Assembly (NCBI GenBank): GCA_964639895.1
Contig: CAZXEJ010000004.1
Coordinates: forward strand, 1,033 to 65,032
From: an uncultured Spirochaetia bacterium
GTDB taxonomy: Bacteria > Desulfobacterota_D > UBA1144 > Nemesobacterales > JADFKM01
Direction: 5' to 3'
DNA: 64,000 nt
The number at the start of each line of letters is the position of its first letter. Position 1 is the stretch's first letter. Shown piece by piece: positions 58,153 through 64,000 of this stretch. The notes under the pieces are model-generated. The model did no database searches and had not been told where the DNA came from. It saw only the letters and a list, made by a program, of their open reading frames with translations. The position numbers were made by a program, and so were the translations under genes.

Positions 58153-59125
58153 GGGGCGAGCCGTCTCCGTCACGGATGGCGCCGCACACACCACGGCGCT
58201 CGAGGTCGAGCTCCGTCGTAAGACCGAGGTCGTGAAGCGCACGGTTGGCCTCTTCGAGCGAGCGCGTGCCGGCCACGGCGCGGGCCGTGACGGAGAGCGC
58301 CTCGAACACGACGCGCGGCGACAGGTAGAACGTAACCGTCGATGCCATCGACAGGTGTACGCGTCTTCGGCCGTGCCTTATGGTGGTCTGCTTCCACACG
58401 CCCCGGGCGTACTCGGCCGGAAGGCGGCTCGCCTCGGTGGGGACGACGGCAATGGCGCGCTCCATCTCATCCAGCGCCTCAGGCGTGACGCCCCAGCTGC
58501 CGAGCAGCCCTCCGCGGCGCGCGACCTCGAGCAGATTGGCCTCGAGCTCGTCCCGGGTGAGTTCGCCGTCGCTTCCAAAGCCGAACACCCCCATCACGAC
58601 GGGCATCCTCTCGGACAGCTCGGCCAGGGCCGCCGTCATTATGGAATCGGCGAGGGGGCTCGCAAGGCCGGCCTCTTCGCCGCGGGCCACGGCGTCGCCG
58701 CCTACGTCGATGCCGAACAGCACGTCGGCCCCGAGCACGCGCAACGCCTCCTCCAGACCCTCGGTCACCCCCTGCGCGCCGCCGCTCAGATCGACGAGCA
58801 GCGTCCTCTCCCCCAGCACCTCGGCTACGCCCGCCTCGGCGAACCTCACACCACCCTTCGTACGTGTGCGGCCGTCCGCCCACCAGACCACGTCGTTTAT
58901 CTTCTCGGCCCCATCGGTCTCGTCGTAGCTGCGTGGGCCGGGGACGGGGTCGATGACGGATCTCTCCCACGGAAGTCCCCCGAGAACGCACTCCATCCCG
59001 AACAGGCGCAACAGCCCGCGCGTGGGAAGGGTGCCCACGATGTCCCCTCCGCCCCCTATGCCGAGGACGACGGCCTTCGTGCCGCGGCGCACCACCTCTT
59101 CGAGAGATTTCACCCTGTCACCCAT
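58124..59125 (-). CDS. hypothetical protein with a GIGGGGD motif (resembles DUF1152-type proteins by memory)
   Basis: VLGIGGGGDIVGTLP near the N-terminus. I chose the start at MGDRVK, with GGAG 8 nt upstream. Its 3' end overlaps the convergent AEC gene by 29 nt. Confidence 0.45.
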   Translation of the reverse strand: MGDRVKSLEEVVRRGTKAVVLGIGGGGDIVGTLPTRGLLRLFGMECVLGGLPWERSVIDPVPGPRSYDETDGAEKINDVVWWADGRTRTKGGVRFAEAGVAEVLGERTLLVDLSGGAQGVTEGLEEALRVLGADVLFGIDVGGDAVARGEEAGLASPLADSIMTAALAELSERMPVVMGVFGFGSDGELTRDELEANLLEVARRGGLLGSWGVTPEALDEMERAIAVVPTEASRLPAEYARGVWKQTTIRHGRRRVHLSMASTVTFYLSPRVVFEALSVTARAVAGTRSLEEANRALHDLGLTTELDLERRGVCGAIRDGDGSPPSPPAGREV

Positions 59126-59185
59126 CGCTTCACTCCGCGGCCCCACGACGTGGAGCAGGCAATAAACTTATACCGCCGCGCCGCC

Positions 59186-60027
59186 TTATTCAATAGGCGC
59201 CTCCGACCCGCCGGCCACCGCGCGCCCGAAGTAGGCCACCGCGTCGTCCACTATGTCGCCGTGGTCGCGGCCCGGCACCTCGACGTACTCGACCGCATCG
59301 CCGCCCAAGGCGGCAAGCTCGCGGCCCATCTCTACAGGCACGAGCCGGTCGGCGGTGCCGTGGAATATCACCACCCGCGGGGCCGGCGAGCGCGACACAA
59401 GCTCCACGAGGCGTCGGCGGTTGTCGTACCGGTGGCGCAGCAGGTAGCACAGCGGCCGGCCCACCCTCCGGGCGGCCATATCGAGCATGGAAGTGAATGG
59501 GGCCACGAGGATCAGCGTGCCGACGTCGTGGCGCACGGCCATCTGAAGCACCGTGGCCGCACCCAGCGAGTAGCCGACGGCGTCCATCCGCCCCTCGAGC
59601 CCGGACGGATCGATCCCAAGGCGCGATGCCAGGGCCGCGAGCGCAGCCTCCGTCCCCTCCAGGATGGAGCGCGGCGAGGGGGAACCCTCGTTGAGTCCGT
59701 AGCCCGGATAGTCGACGAACAGGAAGCCGTCGGGTGAGGCCGGTGCGGCCAAGGCGAACCCTATCAGGGTGAGCGAGAGAGTGGCGTTGCCGCTCATAAC
59801 GACCCATACCCTGCGTGGACCGTCCCCGCCGGAGCGGGGCCCGAGGTAGTGGGCCGTCTGCGCACCCTGCGACGTGCGGTAGCCGATGGGCGTGAGGCCG
59901 GGGGGCATGGAATCCAGATAGCCGGGCTCGTAGCGGCGCGGCTCGTATATCATCCTCTCCTGGAGGAGGAAGAGGAGCAGCGGCACCAGGACAACGACCA
60001 CGAGCGGAAGCAGCAGAACGACCTTCA
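59186..60027 (-). CDS. alpha/beta hydrolase (membrane-anchored)
   Basis: N-terminal TM helix (MKVVLLLPLVVVVLVPLLLFLL), a nucleophile elbow GYSLGA and a C-terminal …FHGTADRLVP…DH… triad region. Confidence 0.7.
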
Positions 60028-60181
60028 TCCTCGATGACACCCGGACACGAGAAGGGGTTGGAAAATGATACTCCACTTTGGGCCCGCCTACAAAACCCGG
60101 CAGGGGGCGGCTTGCACCGGTGGAGGGTAGTCGTGTATTTTGTATCGTGTAGGCCCCGTTCGAGGGGTAAAGGAGGAGGCC

Positions 60182-60598
60182 ATGGCCGATCTGGACGACG
60201 TTCTGCGCTGCAACACCCTTTTCTACGAGGCTTTCAACCAGCGCGACATGACCCTCATGGAGTCCGTCTGGATGCACGACGGGCGGGTAAGATGCGTCCA
60301 CCCGGGCTGGGGCATCCTGGAGGGATGGGAAGAGGTCAGGGCAAGCTTCGAAAAGATTCTCGGCTCCGGCCTCGCCGTAATCGAGGTATCAGACGTCGAG
60401 CCGTTCGTCGCCGACGGCGAGCCCATGGCCTGGGTTACCTGTATTGAGGAGATAAGCTACAACCTCGAGGGCAATATCATCACTGCCAGGGCGCAGGCGA
60501 CCAACATCTTCGAGAAAGAGGGCGGCAGGTGGCTGATGGTCCACCACCACGCCTCGGCCGTACCCGTACAACTGGTCTCCGAAGAGGTGTTGCAGTAG
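60182..60598 (+). CDS. NTF2-like/SnoaL-like small protein (paralogue of 48236-48661)
   Basis: Shares …CVHPGW…GWEEVRASFEKI…WVTCIE…TNIFEKEGGRWLMVHHHAS… with the first copy. Confidence 0.6.
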   Translation: MADLDDVLRCNTLFYEAFNQRDMTLMESVWMHDGRVRCVHPGWGILEGWEEVRASFEKILGSGLAVIEVSDVEPFVADGEPMAWVTCIEEISYNLEGNIITARAQATNIFEKEGGRWLMVHHHASAVPVQLVSEEVLQ

Positions 60599-60822
60599 GG
60601 GGCGCGACTCCGCCCCCCGCGCGCGCGACCATTGAGCAGGGCGTCCCTGCACACCTGATGACCGGGAACGAGAACCACCCGGGCCGCCTGCCGCTGGGGC
60701 TAAGCGGCCATCGCTGCCCGACTGGGCACACACCGCGCGAGGCTCCGCGTCCGCCGGCTCACGCGCACCGTCTCCCCCCCTCCCCCCGCCGTGGCTCCCA
60801 GCCCGAGTCGAGCGCCCCGCCT

Positions 60823-61458
60823 TCACGCTCCTCGGGCTTCGGTGCGGGCGGCTCTCAGGCGCTCGATCATGTCCTTGATCTCGTCCCTCTTTATCTTCAT
60901 GCTTACGCGGTTTACAACCAGGCGGGCCGTAACGTCGGTTATCTTTTCGAGCTCGACCAGGTTGTTGCTCCTCAGCGTCTCGCCCGTTGCGCTGAGATCG
61001 ACGATGGCGTCCGAGAGACCCACGAGCGGGGCCAACTCGACCGACCCGTAGAGCTTTACCATCTCGGCGCTCACGCCCTTCTTGGCGAAGTACTCGGTCG
61101 CAATGTTGGGGTACTTCGTCGCCACCCGCACCACGGCTCCCGAGCTCAGCTCGAAGCCGCACGGGGCGGCCACCACCAGCTTGCAACGCGCGATCCCGAG
61201 GTCAAGCGGCTCGTAGAGGTCGTGGCTTTCTTCGAGCAGCGTATCGAGCCCCACGATGCCGCAGTCGGCGGCGCCGTAGTCCACGTAGGCCGGCACGTCG
61301 ACTGGCCGCACGACGAGCAGTCGGACGCCGTCGTCCGGAAACTCGACGATAAGCTTCCTGCTGTCACGAGGCAGCGGCGACGAGGTCACGCCGGCGCGCC
61401 TGAGCAGCGCTTCGGCCTCGGCCAGTATCCGGCCCCTGGCAACGGCTATCGTGATCAC
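60823..61458 (-). CDS. hisG: ATP phosphoribosyltransferase, short form
   Basis: I chose a GTG start ([12 protein letters not shown]…). About 211 aa, with …GLDTLLE… and …LVVNRVS… motifs. Its start overlaps the murA stop by 4 nt. Confidence 0.8.
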   Translation of the reverse strand: MITIAVARGRILAEAEALLRRAGVTSSPLPRDSRKLIVEFPDDGVRLLVVRPVDVPAYVDYGAADCGIVGLDTLLEESHDLYEPLDLGIARCKLVVAAPCGFELSSGAVVRVATKYPNIATEYFAKKGVSAEMVKLYGSVELAPLVGLSDAIVDLSATGETLRSNNLVELEKITDVTARLVVNRVSMKIKRDEIKDMIERLRAARTEARGA

Positions 61459-62711
61459 TCTTTCTCCCTCCAGATACGAGCTCCCAAGCGGCGGAGCTTC
61501 TCGTCTATGCGGTCGTAGCCGCGATCGATGTGGTATACGCGCGACATCTCCGTCCTTCCGTGGGCGGCAAGCCCCGCCAAGACGAGCGAAGCACTGGCCC
61601 TGAGGTCGCTCGCCATCGTAGGAGCACCGCTCAGCGACGGAACCCCGCGTACGACGGCGCTGTTGCCTACGAGCTTTATGTCGGCTCCCATCCTGCGCAA
61701 CTCGCCAGCGTGCATGAACCGCTGCGGGAAGATGTTCTCCGTAATGAGGCTGAGCCCGTCGGCAATGCTCATGAGCGCCATCATCTGGGCCTGCATGTCG
61801 GTCGGGAACCCCGGGTAGGGAAGAGTCGCAATGTCCACGCTGGCCGGCCGCCCGTCTCCCTGCACACGCAGCCCCCCCTCGAGCCGCTCCACACGCACGC
61901 CCGCCTCGAGCAGCTTGCCGGCCACGGCACCCAGGTTCTCGAACCTGCAGCCGCGCAACACGACGTCGCCTCCCGTTATGGCCGAGGCCACCATGAAGGT
62001 TCCGGCCTCGATGCGGTCGGGCATCACCTCGTAGCCCTCCACGGGCCGGAGCGAAGAGACGCCGCGAATGGTGATTATGTCCGTGCCGGCGCCCTCGATG
62101 CGAGCGCCCATCCGTTCGAGCACCCGGCAAAGCTCGGTCACCTCGGGCTCGCATGCGGCGTTGAGCAGCATGGTCTCGCCCTCGGCCAGCACCGAGGCGA
62201 GCACGATGTTCTCCGTCCCCGTCACGGTGGAGACGTCAAACGGGATGACGGCCCCCCGGAGCCTGGGGGCTGCGGCCTCGATGTAGCCCTCTTCGATCTC
62301 TATCTCGGCCCCGAGCAGGGTAAGGCCCTTTATGTGCTGGTCGATAGGGCGCTCGCCTATCGCGCACCCCCCGGGCAGCGAGACGCGGGCGCGGCCGAAG
62401 CGGGCCACGAGCGGGCCCAACACGAGGACGGAGGCACGCATCGTCTTGACCAGGTCGTAGGGAGCGAGCCATCGGTCGACCTTGGAAGCGTCGATCGCAA
62501 GCGTCCCGCGCTCCAGGGTGACCCGGGCGCCCAGGAGCTCGAGCAGCCTGGCCATCGTGCGCACGTCGGCAAGGTCGGGCACGTTGGTGAACGTGCTCAC
62601 CCCCTCGGCCAGGAGTGCGGCCGCCATGCAGGGCAAGACGGCGTTCTTGGCCCCGCCGATCGTGACCTCCCCCTCGAGCCTCACGCCGCCCTCGATGATC
62701 ATCTTCTCCAT
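61455..62711 (-). CDS. murA: UDP-N-acetylglucosamine 1-carboxyvinyltransferase
   Basis: 418 aa with KNAVLP and the active-site Cys loop (…[15 protein letters not shown]…). Confidence 0.9.
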   Translation of the reverse strand: MEKMIIEGGVRLEGEVTIGGAKNAVLPCMAAALLAEGVSTFTNVPDLADVRTMARLLELLGARVTLERGTLAIDASKVDRWLAPYDLVKTMRASVLVLGPLVARFGRARVSLPGGCAIGERPIDQHIKGLTLLGAEIEIEEGYIEAAAPRLRGAVIPFDVSTVTGTENIVLASVLAEGETMLLNAACEPEVTELCRVLERMGARIEGAGTDIITIRGVSSLRPVEGYEVMPDRIEAGTFMVASAITGGDVVLRGCRFENLGAVAGKLLEAGVRVERLEGGLRVQGDGRPASVDIATLPYPGFPTDMQAQMMALMSIADGLSLITENIFPQRFMHAGELRRMGADIKLVGNSAVVRGVPSLSGAPTMASDLRASASLVLAGLAAHGRTEMSRVYHIDRGYDRIDEKLRRLGARIWREKE

Positions 62712-63532
62712 CTAGCCTTCACCACCCTGGGCACTCCGCTCAGATCCCTCGACACCGAGACGTCGACGAATCCCGAGCGGCGCAACATCCTCTCCACGCG
62801 GCCGGCCTGGCCCGCCCCCACCTCCACCAAGCACCAGCCGCCGCACGTGAGCACCCTAGTGCAATCTAACACGAGCCTGCGTATGCAATCAAGGCCGTCT
62901 TCGCCGCCCAGAAGCGCCTCGGGGGGCTCGTAGCGCCTCACGTCCTCGGGCAGCGCCTCGTACTCGGCCCTGCTCACGTAAGGGGGATTGGAGACCACGA
63001 CGTCGAGAGAACAGGGCGCGAACCCCTCGAGCATGTCCCCCTCGACGGGGACCACCCGCCGTGCACCCAGCCTTCGGGCGTTCTCGCGGGCCACGGCGAG
63101 CGCGCGCGCCGAGACGTCCACGGCGTAGACCACCTCCACCTCAGCCTCAAGCGCCACCGTTACGGCCACACAGCCGCTGCCCGTGCCCACGTCGGCTACG
63201 CGCGGCGGCGAGGGGAAGGCCCCGATGACGGCCACGGCCTCCTCGCAGAGGACCTCGGTCTCGGGACGCGGCACCAGCACGTCGGGCGTAACCAGGAAGG
63301 AGCGCGAATAGAACTCCTTGCAGCCGAGCACGTAGGCCAACGGCTCGCCGCGCAACCTGCGTGCGGCCATCCGGCGGGCCGCTGCGGCCGCCCCGGCCGC
63401 AAGGGGGGTCTCGGGATGGGCCGCGAGACGGGCGTCGTCCAAGGAGGCGGCCTCCCTCACTATGACCCTCGCCTCGAGTGCAGCCGCAGGCAGGCGGGCG
63501 TCCTCGAAGAGGCGGGTCAGCCGACGGAGCAT
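62699..63532 (-). CDS. prmC: release-factor glutamine N5-methyltransferase
   Basis: NPPY motif (VVSNPPYV) and a SAM motif ([13 protein letters not shown]). I chose the start at [10 protein letters not shown]. Confidence 0.75.
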   Translation of the reverse strand: MLRRLTRLFEDARLPAAALEARVIVREAASLDDARLAAHPETPLAAGAAAAARRMAARRLRGEPLAYVLGCKEFYSRSFLVTPDVLVPRPETEVLCEEAVAVIGAFPSPPRVADVGTGSGCVAVTVALEAEVEVVYAVDVSARALAVARENARRLGARRVVPVEGDMLEGFAPCSLDVVVSNPPYVSRAEYEALPEDVRRYEPPEALLGGEDGLDCIRRLVLDCTRVLTCGGWCLVEVGAGQAGRVERMLRRSGFVDVSVSRDLSGVPRVVKARWRR

Positions 63533-63747
63533 CTCCCCTGCGGTCTCGACCGTCCGTGTCCCCGAAGGAGAAGCGATTGATGCAGTACGCCCGTTCACGT
63601 CCACAACGGGTTAATTATAACCAATGGACGGCCCCCTTGGGTCGGGGCGACCGCACTCCCCGCGCCCTCCGGGCGGGGGCGCCGTTGTGATATTATTGAT
63701 TAGGTAACCCGTTTCCCGGCACACAAACACATCCACGTGGAGAACAC

Positions 63748-64000
63748 ATGTTCGGTAAAGGACTGAGACTCACCAGGATCTACGGCATCGAGATCTGGAT
63801 AGACTATTCGTGGCTCATCATATTCATCCTACTACTCTGGAGCCTCTCGGTGGGTTTCTTCCCCCACCGCTACCCCGGCTACGGGCAACTCACCTACTAC
63901 CTGATGGGCTTCGTGGCCGCACTCACCCTGTTCGGAAGCGTCCTCCTTCACGAGCTGTCCCACTCCTACGTGGCCAAGCGCTCGGGCATTCCCGTACCCC
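63748..64000 (+). CDS. site-2-protease-like M50 metallopeptidase; N-terminal fragment running off the window end
   Basis: I translated this by hand from the ATG at 63748: MFGKGLRLTRIYGIEIWIDYSWLIIFILLLWS…LLHELSHSYVAKR. It has an HExxH motif in a TM helix and is not in the ORF track because it has no stop codon. Confidence 0.6.
   Translation, partial: MFGKGLRLTRIYGIEIWIDYSWLIIFILLLWSLSVGFFPHRYPGYGQLTYYLMGFVAALTLFGSVLLHELSHSYVAKRSGIPVP

Overview
This is a GC-rich, densely coding chromosomal segment from a diderm (outer-membrane-bearing) bacterium. I could not assign it to a lineage from sequence alone. It encodes about 55 recognisable genes, mostly housekeeping and metabolic, and I found no transposase, integrase, CRISPR array or obvious defence genes. 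Supported units on the minus strand are a MurNAc/anhydro-MurNAc peptidoglycan-recycling operon (murQ-anmK-nagZ plus a co-transcribed sodium:solute symporter) and a complete Pst phosphate transporter (pstS-pstC-pstA-pstB-phoU) with unusually long PstC/PstA and a c-di-GMP-type (MshEN-REC) response regulator upstream. On the plus strand there is a 2-oxoacid:ferredoxin oxidoreductase pair (korAB) opposite a stand-alone NuoI-type ferredoxin, and a cobalamin riboswitch directly upstream of a btuB / beta-propeller lipoprotein / btuF uptake locus. Other single genes include tRNA-Gly(CCC), purH, a TolC-family channel, dapL, a processive GT2 glycosyltransferase, a TetR-controlled aminotransferase, glcE/glcF-like genes, bolA and grxD, fabH, pgi, short-form hisG, murA and prmC. 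The most unusual feature is four long ORF-free islands (about 1.2-2.0 kb each, at roughly 1.3-2.9 kb, 18.8-20.8 kb, 24.0-25.2 kb and 47.0-48.2 kb). They are C/A-skewed on the plus strand, carry C6-C9 homopolymer tracts, and two of them sit between convergent gene ends. Such islands are not expected in a compact bacterial genome; candidate explanations are large structured ncRNAs, decayed gene remnants or another unrecognised element, and I cannot distinguish these from sequence alone. All coordinates, motifs and protein assignments come from reading the sequence and the ORF track, with no database search.
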